From positions 191,200 through 255,199 of the forward strand of contig CBDHCU010000001.1 of the NCBI GenBank assembly GCA_965261325.1: a stretch of 64,000 bases of DNA, given 5' to 3'. Under the pieces are notes generated by a model. The model was not told where the DNA came from and made no database searches. It worked only from the letters and a program-made list of their open reading frames with translations. Of this stretch, positions 45,649-55,401 are shown piece by piece (position 1 is the first letter of the stretch; each line of letters opens with the position of its first letter). The translations under genes were made by a program, and so were the position numbers. This stretch comes from Dehalococcoidia bacterium (GTDB lineage: Bacteria > Chloroflexota > Dehalococcoidia > Lucifugimonadales > CAJWER01).

Positions 45649-46227
45649 TTGGATGGACAGCCAGTGATTGACGAGGTCAAGCTGAGGGCCGCGGTAGCTT
45701 CCATGCTCGAGGCTATCGGCGAGGACCCGGGACGCGAGGGACTGACAGACACGCCGCGGCGTGTCGCTGAGATGTACGCGGAGTTCTTCGACGGTCTTGG
45801 GCAGGACCCAGCGGACGTCCTGGCGACCGGATTCGAGGAGGGACACCATGAGATGGTTGTCATCGCCGGTGTGCCTTTCTTCTCGATCTGTGAGCACCAC
45901 TTTCTGCCCTTCTTTGGGATCGCCGACATAGGTTACATACCCAGCGGACGGGTTGCCGGAGCGAGCAAGCTTGCCAGGGCGCTGGACATCGTCGCGCGTC
46001 GGCCGCAGCTCCAGGAGCGTCTCACCGTACAGCTCGCCGACGCGATCGCACAGGCGCTGGACCCGGAGGGGGTCGGTGTGGTCGTCTCCGCCGGGCACCT
46101 GTGCATGACGCTGCGGGGCGCCAGGAAGCCCGGAAGCCGCATAGTTACCTCGTCCCTGCGCGGTACATTCAGGACCGACGACAGGGTGCGGCGGGAATTC
46201 GAGGCCCTCAGGAAGGGCGCTCATTGA
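45649..46227 (+). CDS. folE: GTP cyclohydrolase I
   Basis: ...GLTDTPRRVA..., ...CEHHFLPFFG..., ...QLQERLT... Confidence 0.9.
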   Translation: MDGQPVIDEVKLRAAVASMLEAIGEDPGREGLTDTPRRVAEMYAEFFDGLGQDPADVLATGFEEGHHEMVVIAGVPFFSICEHHFLPFFGIADIGYIPSGRVAGASKLARALDIVARRPQLQERLTVQLADAIAQALDPEGVGVVVSAGHLCMTLRGARKPGSRIVTSSLRGTFRTDDRVRREFEALRKGAH

Positions 46228-47198
46228 ACGTCGCCAGCTTCCCGACCATCGAGGAGGCTGAGCCTGCGTGGGAGCAGGTGCTGGACTTGAGCGACGCAGC
46301 TACCCTCTTTCTGACCCCCTGGTGGCAGAAGGTATGGTGGAAGCACTTCGGGGGCGGTTCAGAGCTTGCCGTGTACGTGGTGAGCGACGGGCCGCGACCC
46401 ATAGGCGTGGCTCCCCTGGTGTTCTCCGACGGCGTCGTGGAGCTCCTGGGGGCTACGGACCTGTTCGACTACAGGGACTTCATCGTCGAGCGGGGCCGCG
46501 AGGAGAATTTCTGCGCCGCTCTCCTGGACCACCTGTCTCGGCGGGAATGGCACACTCTCAGGCTGGAGTCGGTCCGGGAGACCTCGCCGACGCTAAAGGC
46601 TCTTCATAGTGCCGCGGAATCAGCGGGCATGTCGGTAGAGATCGAGACGGAGGACGTCGCCCCGGTAGCCGTACTGCCGAAGACCTGGGACGAGTACGTG
46701 GCTGGCCTGTCGAAGAAGGACAGGCACGAGCTGAGGCGCAAGATTCGTCGTCTCGACGGTGCAGGGGAGGTCAGCCGCTCCGTCTGCGGCTCTCCGGACC
46801 AGGTGCGCGGCATGATGTCGGACTTCTTCCGGCTTCACAGGGCGAGCAGCCCCGACAAGGCGACGTTCATGACCGCAGCGAGGGAGACGTTTTTCGTCGA
46901 TGCGGTCGAAGAGGCCGCCCGTCGGGGAAGGCTCAGGCTGGAGATGGTCTCACTCGACGGTAGGCCGGTGGCGTCGTGCCTGGGGTTTGAATACGCTGGC
47001 GTCTTCCTGCTGTATAATAGCGGCTACGACCCAGCACAATCCAAGCTCAGTGTCGGGATAGTCAGCAAGGCGCTCGCCATCCGCGGTGCGATCGAGTCAG
47101 GCGACAGCGTCTTCGACTTTCTGCGGGGCTCCGAGGACTACAAGTACCGGCTCGGGGGACAGGACCGTCAGGTCTACCGCGTGCTCGTCAGGCGATGA
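46224..47198 (+). CDS. GNAT-fold acetyltransferase (CelD/BcsL or FemAB-like)
   Basis: The conserved part starts near a TTG that overlaps the folE stop. The C-terminal half (…LEMVSLDGRPVASCLGFEYAGVFLLYNSGYDP…SVGIV…) fits this family. The start is uncertain. Confidence 0.6.
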   Translation: MNVASFPTIEEAEPAWEQVLDLSDAATLFLTPWWQKVWWKHFGGGSELAVYVVSDGPRPIGVAPLVFSDGVVELLGATDLFDYRDFIVERGREENFCAALLDHLSRREWHTLRLESVRETSPTLKALHSAAESAGMSVEIETEDVAPVAVLPKTWDEYVAGLSKKDRHELRRKIRRLDGAGEVSRSVCGSPDQVRGMMSDFFRLHRASSPDKATFMTAARETFFVDAVEEAARRGRLRLEMVSLDGRPVASCLGFEYAGVFLLYNSGYDPAQSKLSVGIVSKALAIRGAIESGDSVFDFLRGSEDYKYRLGGQDRQVYRVLVRR

Positions 47199-47258
47199 GG
47201 CCCGGACGCCGTCAGTACGCCCTCAGCCGGATCCCGGGACAAGGAACGCGACAACCAC

Positions 47259-48509
47259 ATGTACAGCCTGGCCCTGTTGAGCGTCCACGGCTGTCCGTTT
47301 GCCCGCCTGGGCGAGCGCGACACCGGGGGCATGAACGTCTACCTGTTGCAGATAGCGAGGGAGCTTGGCAGGCGGGGCCACAGGGCCGATGTCTACACGA
47401 GGGTCCATGATCCCAACGACCCCGAGATAGTCGAGCTGGGCGAGAACGCCAGGGTCATTCACATCCAGGCCGGGCCTCATGGTGAGACCAAGCTGGGCCT
47501 GCAACGGCACATCCCGCAGTTTCTCCAGGGGCTGGAAGAGTTCTGCGAGCGCGACGGAACGGACTACGACCTCGTTCATTCCCACTACTGGCTCTCCTGC
47601 TCCGCGGCCACGGAGCTGTGCCGCCGTTGGGATGTTCCCCACGTCGCCACGTTCCACACCCTTGCGCGCGCCAAGCTGGAGGCCAGGCCGGCCGAAGAGG
47701 AGTCCCAGGCCCGCATCGACGCGGAATACGCGGCAATGATGAGCGCCGACTCGATGATAGTGTCCACGGAACAGGAGCGCAGCGACATCGCGCGTCTCTA
47801 CGGTGTGCCGAGCCGGAAGGTGGACGTTGTTCCGGCAGGTGTCGACCTGCAGATGTTCAGGCCAATGTATAGAGAAGAGTCGCGCGCGGCGCTCGGGCTG
47901 GGCGGCGGGCGGATCATACTCGCAGTCGCCCAGCGCATCGAGCCGCTGAAGGGCCTGGACGTGATCATCGAATCGCTGCCGCTGCTGGACGACATGGGCG
48001 AAACGCGCTTCCTCATCGTGGGCGGCGACGAAAACTCGGGCCCAGAGATTGCGCGGTTGCAGGGCGTAGCGGCGGACCTCGGGGTAGGGGACAGGGTGGC
48101 GTTCGCCGGGGCTGTCAGCCAGGAAGAGCTTCCCGCGTACTACAGCGCGTCGGACGTTTGCGTGCTGCCCTCGTACTACGAGAGCTTCGGGTTGGCGGCT
48201 CTCGAGTCGCTGGCTTGCGGCACGCCCGTGGTCGCATCCAGGGTTGGCGGTCCGATGTCCTTCATCGTCGACGGCGTGAACGGATACCTGGTGCCCGAGC
48301 GCAGTGCCGGGGCGTACGCACGCTGCCTCGATGCCGTGATGTCGCCAGGGCGTCCTCGTTCGGAGATGGCCGAAGCATCAAGACGGACTGCAGCCGAGAT
48401 GGGTTGGGACTCCGTGGCGGACGGGCTCCTGGCCCACTACTCGTCGCTAACAGGCGGGCGCCGGTCCGGCACCGCGGTCATGGCGTCTGCGGCGGTCATG
48501 GTGAAGTAG
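47259..48509 (+). CDS. Glycosyltransferase family 4 (MshA / sucrose-phosphate-synthase-like)
   Basis: ...SVHGCPFARLGERDTGGMNVYLLQIARELGRRGH.ADVYT... N terminus and ...PSYYESFGLAALESLACGTPVVASRVGG... EX7E region. Confidence 0.85.
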   Translation: MYSLALLSVHGCPFARLGERDTGGMNVYLLQIARELGRRGHRADVYTRVHDPNDPEIVELGENARVIHIQAGPHGETKLGLQRHIPQFLQGLEEFCERDGTDYDLVHSHYWLSCSAATELCRRWDVPHVATFHTLARAKLEARPAEEESQARIDAEYAAMMSADSMIVSTEQERSDIARLYGVPSRKVDVVPAGVDLQMFRPMYREESRAALGLGGGRIILAVAQRIEPLKGLDVIIESLPLLDDMGETRFLIVGGDENSGPEIARLQGVAADLGVGDRVAFAGAVSQEELPAYYSASDVCVLPSYYESFGLAALESLACGTPVVASRVGGPMSFIVDGVNGYLVPERSAGAYARCLDAVMSPGRPRSEMAEASRRTAAEMGWDSVADGLLAHYSSLTGGRRSGTAVMASAAVMVK

Positions 48510-48528
48510 GACTCGGGCTGGACGGCGG

Positions 48529-48942
48529 CTACGGGAAGGTCCACCCGACCATCTTGCCGGGCGTTATCGTGATCAGCACGAACTCCATGTTCCGGTACGT
48601 CTCCTCAGCGTACCGGTTGCCCTCTTCCTCGCCCTGGTAGTTGATCGACATGTCCCAGAGGACCTGCCGGTCCCACTCGGTGGAGAGCTCCGCCGTGCCG
48701 TTGACCTGCACGAATCCGTGAGGCGCCGTCTCCCTGGGGATAGAGATGCCGATGCGGGGGTCTCCGCGAAGGTTCCCTACCTTGACGCTCGACGGGGACG
48801 ACAGGATGAGCAGTCTCTCTCCGTCGTACAGGTGCCAGACGGGCGCAACGTGAGGCGAGCCGTCGGGCCGCAGGGTTGCGAAGTTGGACAGGAGCGGGAG
48901 TTTCAGGAACTCGGCGATCTCTTCGTCGGTCATTTTGGGCAT
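48529..48942 (-). CDS. Pyridoxamine 5'-phosphate oxidase family (PPOX-class, possibly F420-dependent) protein
   Basis: MPKMTDEEIAEFLKLPLLSNFATLRPDGSPHVAPVW... The ATG shares one base with the tmk stop (TGATG). Confidence 0.75.
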   Translation of the reverse strand: MPKMTDEEIAEFLKLPLLSNFATLRPDGSPHVAPVWHLYDGERLLILSSPSSVKVGNLRGDPRIGISIPRETAPHGFVQVNGTAELSTEWDRQVLWDMSINYQGEEEGNRYAEETYRNMEFVLITITPGKMVGWTFP

Positions 48943-49715
48943 CAGGCTGTCTCCACGGCAGAGGCGGTTTCGGCGGCTGGCCATAGTGGGAGGTTGTGTG
49001 TCTCGGGCGAGGCCACATCATCGGCGGCGAGCCTTGGTTCTACGGCGTTGAAGATCGCGTCGGCGACCTCTGAGATTGTGCCAAAGGCATCGATCACGAC
49101 GACCCTTTCGGGGTCCTGCTGGGCTATCTTCCTGTACCCGCGCCGCACCCGCTCGTGGAACTGCAACGACTCCTTCTTGAACCGGCGCGTTCCCTCGCCG
49201 TCGATGCGTCGGGCATGCTCAGCCTCTTGCTGATCCATTGTCATGGTCAGCTGCGACGTGCCAACGCGACCGAGGGTGTCGGCTACCGGGCCGTCCAGCA
49301 GTATGGTGATGTCAGGGGTAAGGCCGCCTGTTGCCAGGTGATTGATCCGGGCCACTTCGTCCAGGTCGATTCGGCGTCCGTAGCCCTGGTAGGCAGTTGT
49401 GGAGTCGATGTAGCGGTCCGCGATGACGACCGTGCGCCACTTCTCCAGCAGGGGACGCAGCGTCTCGGTGACAAGTGCCGACCGTGCGGCGGCGAAGAGG
49501 AACAGCTCGGCTTCCGGTGTGAGGCCCGTATTGCTTTCGTCCTTGAGCCAGCTGCGAAGGTAGTCGCCCAGCCTTGTCGAGCCGGGCTCCTTTACGAGGA
49601 CGACTCCGTAGCCGGCGTCGGAGAGCCGCGCCTCCAGGAGCTTCGCCTGGGTCGTCTTGCCCGTACCCTCGCAGCCTTCCAACGATATGAAGAGTGACAA
49701 CGCGCCCTGCCTCAT
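48942..49715 (-). CDS. tmk: Thymidylate kinase (with C-terminal extension)
   Basis: FISLEGCEGTGKTTQAKLL P-loop and DRY...ST.AYQG block. Confidence 0.9.
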   Translation of the reverse strand: MRQGALSLFISLEGCEGTGKTTQAKLLEARLSDAGYGVVLVKEPGSTRLGDYLRSWLKDESNTGLTPEAELFLFAAARSALVTETLRPLLEKWRTVVIADRYIDSTTAYQGYGRRIDLDEVARINHLATGGLTPDITILLDGPVADTLGRVGTSQLTMTMDQQEAEHARRIDGEGTRRFKKESLQFHERVRRGYRKIAQQDPERVVVIDAFGTISEVADAIFNAVEPRLAADDVASPETHNLPLWPAAETASAVETA

Positions 49716-49720
49716 GAGTT

Positions 49721-51322
49721 CTAGCGACGGTACAATACCACACGTCTCGAGGGCTCGCGTCCGGAGCTGCTCGAAGCCAGGCCTCGTTGCTCGGCGAACT
49801 GGTGCTGCAGGCGCCGTATATACGCAACCTGCGGGCTCAGGTCGGCTCTGTGCTCCCCGCCATCGAGGCGTTCTGCTGCCTCTTCGGCCTCCTTGACTGC
49901 CTGCTTTACGGAGTCCTGGGATACCATTCTCCCGGAGCTGCGGTCCAGAGCCAGGAGGAACTGGTGTATCTGGGCCGCAGTGTTCTTCCTCAGGACGTAG
50001 ACAGGCTTGCCCATGCTCTCGGCTTCATTGAGCGCCTGGGTCCTCCGCCGGTAGAAGTTCTTGGTGGTCAGGAGCAGGTCTGCCGCCGATAGATCGCCGA
50101 CGACCTCCACGGGAGCCTTTGCCGCCCGGGCCGCCTGCCGGACCTTGTCCTTGTTGACTCCGTACGGGAGGATATGAATCATGGACGTGGGCCTGTCCGC
50201 CGGGACCTCCAGGTCTGACTCCTCCAGATCGTCGCGACTTTTCGGTGTTGGGCGCAACGGCCGCTGCAACGGATCGAAGGTCGGGTTCCGCCCATTTTCG
50301 CCCAGGATGGCTGTCTCCACGTACTCCCTGCGCCTCTCCACGCCCCCCGTCTCGCCGAGAGTCCTCCTCTCGACCGTAACGGGGTAGCCCCTCAGCATCC
50401 TGTCGACCGAATCGGCAATGTCCGCGTGGATGGTCACGTCGCTCCAGCCCTGGATCTGGACGAGTGCGCCGAATGTGGGCAGCGCCCTTCTCTCGAGGAC
50501 GGTCTTCTGGGTCCTGCGCCGCCTGGCCTCCTCGTCGCCCAGGGTCACCGAGTCTATGCCCCCGATCAGGTCGCGTAGGGTTGGGTTCATTATCAGGTTC
50601 TCGAGGGTGTTGCCGTGGGCCGTCGCTACGAGCTGGACGCCCCTTTCCGCTATGGTCCTGGATGCCTCCGCCTCGAGCTCCGTGCCGATCTCGTCGATGA
50701 CTATGACCTCGGGCATGTGGTTCTCGACCGCCTCGATCATGACAGCGTGCTGCTGGGAGGGCGACGGCACCTGCATGCGCCTGGCCTCGCCTATTCCGGC
50801 ATGGGGTATGTCGCCGTCGCCGGCGATCTCGTTGGACGTGTCGACGACGACCACGCGCTTGCCCGCGTCGTCCGCCAGGACCCGGGCCACCTCGCGGAGC
50901 ATGGTCGTCTTGCCGACCCCGGGTCTTCCGAGCAGCAGGATACTGTTGCCGGTGAGCACGAGGTCCTCGATGATCCTGATGGTGCCGTAGACGGCCCGTC
51001 CGACGCGCACGGTAAGGCCCACCACCTTGCCAGTACGGTTCCGCATGGCCGAAATGCGGTGGAGAGTGCGCTCTATGCCTGCCCTGTTGTCGGCGCCGAA
51101 GGCGCCAATGCGCTGGACGACGTACTGGATGTCTTCCTCGGTCACCTCGCGTGACGAGAGGGTCGTGGTCTCGTCGAGGAACCTCGCCTGGGGTTCCCGG
51201 CCGAGGTCGAGCACCACTTCGAGCAGCTCGCCCGGGCGGTTATTGTCGCCAAATGGCTCCGAAATGTGCGGCGGCAGCTTCTCGATGATCATGTCGAGGT
51301 CGCTGTCGATCCACTCCTGCAT
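49721..51322 (-). CDS. R3H-domain AAA-type ATPase (SpoIIIAA/Ycf45-like)
   Basis: ...LLLGRPGVGKTTMLREVARVLADDAGKRVVVVDTSNEIAGDGDIPHAGIGEARRMQV... with a C-terminal R3H-like region. Confidence 0.8.
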   Translation of the reverse strand: MQEWIDSDLDMIIEKLPPHISEPFGDNNRPGELLEVVLDLGREPQARFLDETTTLSSREVTEEDIQYVVQRIGAFGADNRAGIERTLHRISAMRNRTGKVVGLTVRVGRAVYGTIRIIEDLVLTGNSILLLGRPGVGKTTMLREVARVLADDAGKRVVVVDTSNEIAGDGDIPHAGIGEARRMQVPSPSQQHAVMIEAVENHMPEVIVIDEIGTELEAEASRTIAERGVQLVATAHGNTLENLIMNPTLRDLIGGIDSVTLGDEEARRRRTQKTVLERRALPTFGALVQIQGWSDVTIHADIADSVDRMLRGYPVTVERRTLGETGGVERRREYVETAILGENGRNPTFDPLQRPLRPTPKSRDDLEESDLEVPADRPTSMIHILPYGVNKDKVRQAARAAKAPVEVVGDLSAADLLLTTKNFYRRRTQALNEAESMGKPVYVLRKNTAAQIHQFLLALDRSSGRMVSQDSVKQAVKEAEEAAERLDGGEHRADLSPQVAYIRRLQHQFAEQRGLASSSSGREPSRRVVLYRR

Positions 51323-51348
51323 GTAGCGGCGGTTACTCCTCGGTCGTG

Positions 51349-51930
51349 CTACGCCGAGCCTTCCACGATTCTCCTGAACAGATCGTGGACCCGGTCGTCG
51401 TCGGTAAGCTCTGGGTGAAAGGCGGTGGCCAGCATAGTATTCTGGCGAACCGCAACCGGCCTCCCGTCGTCCAGCTGGGCAATCACCTGGACACCCTCGC
51501 CTGTCCTGTTCACAACCGGCGCCCTGATGAAGACGCCGCGAAAGGGGTCCCCCTCTATGGACTCGATGTCCAGGTCCGCTTCGAAGCTGTCCACCTGACT
51601 GCCGAAGGCGTTCCGGCTAACCTCGATGTTCATCAGGTGGAGCGGTTCGGGCCGCCTGTCCGTGAGGCTGTCCGCCAACACGATCATGCCCGCGCAGGTG
51701 CCCCAGACCGGCAGTCCCTCCCTGACCCTGTCGGCCAGCGTGGGCCTGAAGCCGTAGATGTCGATGAGCTGGACGATCGTGGTGCTCTCACCGCCGGGGA
51801 TGATCAGCCCGTCGAGTCCATCGAGCTCCTCAGGCAGCCTGATTTCGGGTGCGTCGACACCCAGTCGTGCGAGGACGTGCTTGTGTTCCAGGAAGTCGCC
51901 CTGGATGGCGAGCACTCCTATTCTGGGCAC
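51349..51930 (-). CDS. pdxT: Pyridoxal 5'-phosphate synthase glutaminase subunit
   Basis: IGVLAIQGDF.EH..., ...GTCAGMI... catalytic Cys, ...FHPELT.D... Confidence 0.95.
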   Translation of the reverse strand: MPRIGVLAIQGDFLEHKHVLARLGVDAPEIRLPEELDGLDGLIIPGGESTTIVQLIDIYGFRPTLADRVREGLPVWGTCAGMIVLADSLTDRRPEPLHLMNIEVSRNAFGSQVDSFEADLDIESIEGDPFRGVFIRAPVVNRTGEGVQVIAQLDDGRPVAVRQNTMLATAFHPELTDDDRVHDLFRRIVEGSA

Positions 51931-51931
51931 C

Positions 51932-52831
51932 CTACCAGCCCCGGACGGCCAGCTGCTGGTCCTCCGGCATCGTCCTCACGTCGAGACCTGGCATGGCGTC
52001 GCCAAGGCCTCTCGACACCTCGGCGATGATGTCGGGGTCGTTGAAGTGGGTCGTGGCCTTGACGATGGCCTCGGCCATCAGCTCCGGCTGCGAGGACTTG
52101 AAGATCCCCGAGCCGACGAAGACGCCGTCCACACCCAGCTGCATCATGAGCGCCGCGTCGGAAGGAGTGGCGATGCCGCCGGCCGCGAAGTTGACGACGG
52201 GAAGCGTGCCAGTGTCGTGGACGTCCTTCACCAGCTCGTAGGGCGCCTGCATGTCGCGGGCCGCGGCCATCAGCTCGTCGCTGTTCATACTCTGGATGCG
52301 GCGCATCTCGCCGATTACCGAGCGGGCGTGGCGGACTGCCTCGACCACGTTGCCTGTGCCGGCCTCGCCCTTCGTGCGGATCATGGCCGCGCCCTCGCCG
52401 ATCCGCCGCAGGGCCTCGCCGAGGTTCCGGCAGCCGCACACGAAGGGGACCTTGAAGGCGTGCTTGTCCACGTGGTGGTTCTCGTCGGCGGGAGTCAGCA
52501 CCTCGGACTCGTCGATGTAGTCGATCTTGAGCGCCTCGAGCACCTGAGCCTCGACGAAGTGGCCGATCCTGCACTTGGCCATCACGGGGATGGTCACCAC
52601 GTCCTTGATCTCTACAATCTTGGTGGGGTCGGCCATCCGAGCGACGCCGCCGGCCTTGCGAATGTCGGACGGGACCCGCTCCAGCGCCATGACCGCCACG
52701 GCTCCGGCATCCTCGGCGATCTTGGCCTGTTCAGCCGTCACCACGTCCATGATGACGCCGCCCTTCAGCATTTTCGCCAGGCCGGTCTTGAGCTGCCACG
52801 TACCGGTTTCGACAGTGGTGTCCGTCGCCAT
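51932..52831 (-). CDS. pdxS: Pyridoxal 5'-phosphate synthase lyase subunit
   Basis: I start it at MATDTT (52831). ...[42 protein letters not shown]... Confidence 0.95.
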   Translation of the reverse strand: MATDTTVETGTWQLKTGLAKMLKGGVIMDVVTAEQAKIAEDAGAVAVMALERVPSDIRKAGGVARMADPTKIVEIKDVVTIPVMAKCRIGHFVEAQVLEALKIDYIDESEVLTPADENHHVDKHAFKVPFVCGCRNLGEALRRIGEGAAMIRTKGEAGTGNVVEAVRHARSVIGEMRRIQSMNSDELMAAARDMQAPYELVKDVHDTGTLPVVNFAAGGIATPSDAALMMQLGVDGVFVGSGIFKSSQPELMAEAIVKATTHFNDPDIIAEVSRGLGDAMPGLDVRTMPEDQQLAVRGW

Positions 52832-53013
52832 CTGCAAGTCTCCGTTGGGGATTTCGTAAGACGGGTGCATTATACCCCTGCCCTGGCTTTCTGGCAATTC
52901 ACCAGGCCAAGGCGGAGCTGTTCAGATTTCGTGAGAACACTGGATGCGCGCAGCCCACCGTCATACGGGTATGACGGGGTGGGGGGCCTTCCTCGCGCCA
53001 AGACTGAACAGAT

Positions 53014-53127
53014 ACCCCTGAGGCAGGGCCTTTCCAAAGTCCGTTCGTGGTGAGCCTGTCGAACCACAATTGGGGCCTTCGACAAGCTCAGGCCGAACGG
53101 CAAGGTACGACCCTATCTCAACAATGG
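53014..53127 (+). mobile_element. MITE4 copy d with 9-bp target-site duplication CCCCTGAGG
   Basis: CCCCTGAGG occurs immediately before (53005-53013) and after (53128-53136) the element. Confidence 0.9.
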
Positions 53128-53222
53128 AAAGGCCCTGCCCCTGAGGGGCACGAATTGACATGCTGACATGGCGCGGGCTATCGTTGATTAGCTGCCAACA
53201 GGCACTAGCAGGCAGCCAACTA

Positions 53223-53348
53223 ATACCAAGTCACCGTGATGCCGCCGTATATGTGCGGTCAGGGAGTGGGTTCCCGCCCCGTATCGCGTACGGGGTAGGC
53301 TCTTCGCGGGAATGACGGCTTTACGGCGCGCTCAAAATGAATTGGTAT
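53223..53348 (+). mobile_element. MITE1 copy c
   Basis: See 37675..37800. It ends 16 nt before the start of the NmrA-family gene. Confidence 0.85.
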
Positions 53349-53364
53349 AACGATTGGAGGAAGT

Positions 53365-54261
53365 ATGTCCAAACGGCTCGATGTTCTTGTCATAGGTGCA
53401 ACTGGACAGCAAGGTAGCTCGGTAGCACGACTGCTTCTTAGCAGAGGCCACGGGGTGCGTGCATTCACCCGTAGTGATGAGTCCCCTGCTGCCCGGCAGC
53501 TTCAGGAGCTGGGCGCCGAATTGGCGGTGGGCGACAACGAGGATGCCGAGTCGGTGATTCGGGCGGCCCAGGGAATGGACTCCGTGTACGCCATGACCTC
53601 GTTCTTCGAATCGGGGGTTGAAGCCGAGGTGCGTCAGGGTAAGAGAGCTGCCGATGCCATCAAGGCCGCAGGCGCCGGGCATTTCGTCTTCGTGTCCGTC
53701 GCCAGCGCCGACAGGTCGACAGGCATCCCCCACTTCGAAAGCAAGTACGAGATCGAGCAGCACATTGAGTCGCTCGGGATACCGAGCACCATTGCCGCGC
53801 CGGTATTCTTTTCCGAGAACTTGCTCAGCCCCTGGACGTTGCCGGGGCTGATGGAGGGAACCCTCGCGCTTCCAATGCCGCCCGACCGGTCGCTCCAGCA
53901 GATATCGGTCGGTGACATCGCCTCCTTCGTCGTATTGGCGCTGGAAAACCCGTCCAGGTTCCTGGGTCAGCGAATCGATATCGCGTCGGATGAGCTGAGC
54001 GGCAGGCGTGCTGCGGAGATAATATCCAACACCACCGGGCGCACCATCGACTACGCTCAGATACCGATCTCCAAGGCATACGAAATGGGCGAGGATATAG
54101 CCCGCATGTACGAGTGGTTCGATCGTGTTGGGTACAGCGCCGACATCGTCGGGCTCCGCAGAGACTACGCGGCGACGGGCTGGCGTACGTTCGAGCAGTG
54201 GGTATCGGTCCAGGACTGGAGCGTCCTCGACGCAGGAGTGGAAGCGCCTGGAGCGGTATGA
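53365..54261 (+). CDS. NmrA-family NAD(P)-binding protein
   Basis: VLVIGATGQQGSSVARLLLSRGH.VRAFTR Rossmann motif. 298 aa. Confidence 0.85.
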   Translation: MSKRLDVLVIGATGQQGSSVARLLLSRGHGVRAFTRSDESPAARQLQELGAELAVGDNEDAESVIRAAQGMDSVYAMTSFFESGVEAEVRQGKRAADAIKAAGAGHFVFVSVASADRSTGIPHFESKYEIEQHIESLGIPSTIAAPVFFSENLLSPWTLPGLMEGTLALPMPPDRSLQQISVGDIASFVVLALENPSRFLGQRIDIASDELSGRRAAEIISNTTGRTIDYAQIPISKAYEMGEDIARMYEWFDRVGYSADIVGLRRDYAATGWRTFEQWVSVQDWSVLDAGVEAPGAV

Positions 54262-54322
54262 ACGGCATTCCAGGAAAAGAGGCAGCCGACCCCGCAGCAT
54301 GAGCGTGTAGAGGAGAAGCGAG

Positions 54323-54949
54323 ATGAACAGCCACCCAAATCACGGCGACTCGAGGCCATTGAGGGTCTTGGCGATATCCGGCAGCCTTCGTAAGGCGTCA
54401 ACGAATACAGGCCTTCTACGGGCCGGGCAGGAGGTCGCGCCTGCTGGAATGGAGATATCTATCTTCAACATAGCAGGTCTCCCCTTCTACGACAGCGACA
54501 TCGAGGCCGAGGGCGATCCTGCTCCGGTGGCGGCGCTCAAGGCAGCCATAAGGGATGCCGACGGGGTGATTTTCGCTACGCCCGAGTACAACTGGGGCAC
54601 CTCAGGGGCGCTTAAGAATGCCGTCGACTGGGCTTCTCGCGACCGCAAACAGGGTTCGCTGATGGGCAAGCCTGCGACAGTCATTGGTGCAGGTGGGAGA
54701 GCGGGGACTGCGCGGGCTCAGCTGCAGCTTCAGGAATCTCTGGCGGAAACCGGCTCATTGGTAATGGTCAAGCCGGGAGTGCTGGTTCAGGCATTCGCGC
54801 CTCCTCGGTTCGACTCTCAAGGAAACCTGATCGATCGGGAGACCAGGGATATTCTTCGCGCGCACCTCGCGAAGTTTGCAGAGTGGACGCTGCGGCTCGC
54901 GCGTCCTGGTGAGTTTGTGCGGTATGAGTGCGAGATGGACATAGTGTGA
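54323..54949 (+). CDS. NADPH-dependent FMN reductase family protein
   Basis: VLAISGSLRKASTNTGLLRA... and ...FATPEYNWGTSGALKNAVDW... Confidence 0.85.
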   Translation: MNSHPNHGDSRPLRVLAISGSLRKASTNTGLLRAGQEVAPAGMEISIFNIAGLPFYDSDIEAEGDPAPVAALKAAIRDADGVIFATPEYNWGTSGALKNAVDWASRDRKQGSLMGKPATVIGAGGRAGTARAQLQLQESLAETGSLVMVKPGVLVQAFAPPRFDSQGNLIDRETRDILRAHLAKFAEWTLRLARPGEFVRYECEMDIV

Positions 54950-54960
54950 TCTGCTGTGTA

Positions 54961-55085
54961 ATACCAAGTCACCGTGATGCCGCCGTATATGTGCGGCCAG
55001 GGAGTGGGTTCCCGCCCGTATCGAGTACGGGGCAGGCTCTTCGCGGGAATGACGGCTTTACGGCGCGCTCAAAATGAATTGGTAT
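54961..55085 (+). mobile_element. MITE1 copy d
   Basis: See 37675..37800. One base shorter in the R1 inner hairpin. Confidence 0.85.
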
Positions 55086-55102
55086 AATCAGGTGGTGATT
55101 CA

Positions 55103-55304
55103 CCCAAATCCCCCACCTAGCTTCGACGAGCGGCGTAACAAACTGCTCTTGGGTCATGGCGCCGCACCTCGCGGGTGAAACAAAGGCGGAATCTCGGGAG
55201 ACGAGCTTAGCGCCTTGTCGATGCGGCCGGGGATGGATGGGGGACGGTTCCTGCGGGGCAGGAATCCGGCTTCCGCCGGTATGACCGGAAGTGGGGGATT
55301 TGGG
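55103..55304 (+). mobile_element. MITE2-like variant (same TIR type, different cargo, ~202 bp)
   Basis: Ends are CCCAAATCCCCCACC ... GTGGGGGATTTGGG. The interior differs from MITE2 and holds a divergent R1-like hairpin (GGAATCCGGCTTCCGCCGGTATGACCGG). Confidence 0.65.
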
Positions 55305-55401
55305 ATTCAGGCAAGCCTTGAAGAATTGCATGGAGCGCCTGAAGCGACATCGTCGTTAGGGGGGAGAACTCATAGCCGCTGGGGCACTGTCCGCTCCAAC
55401 T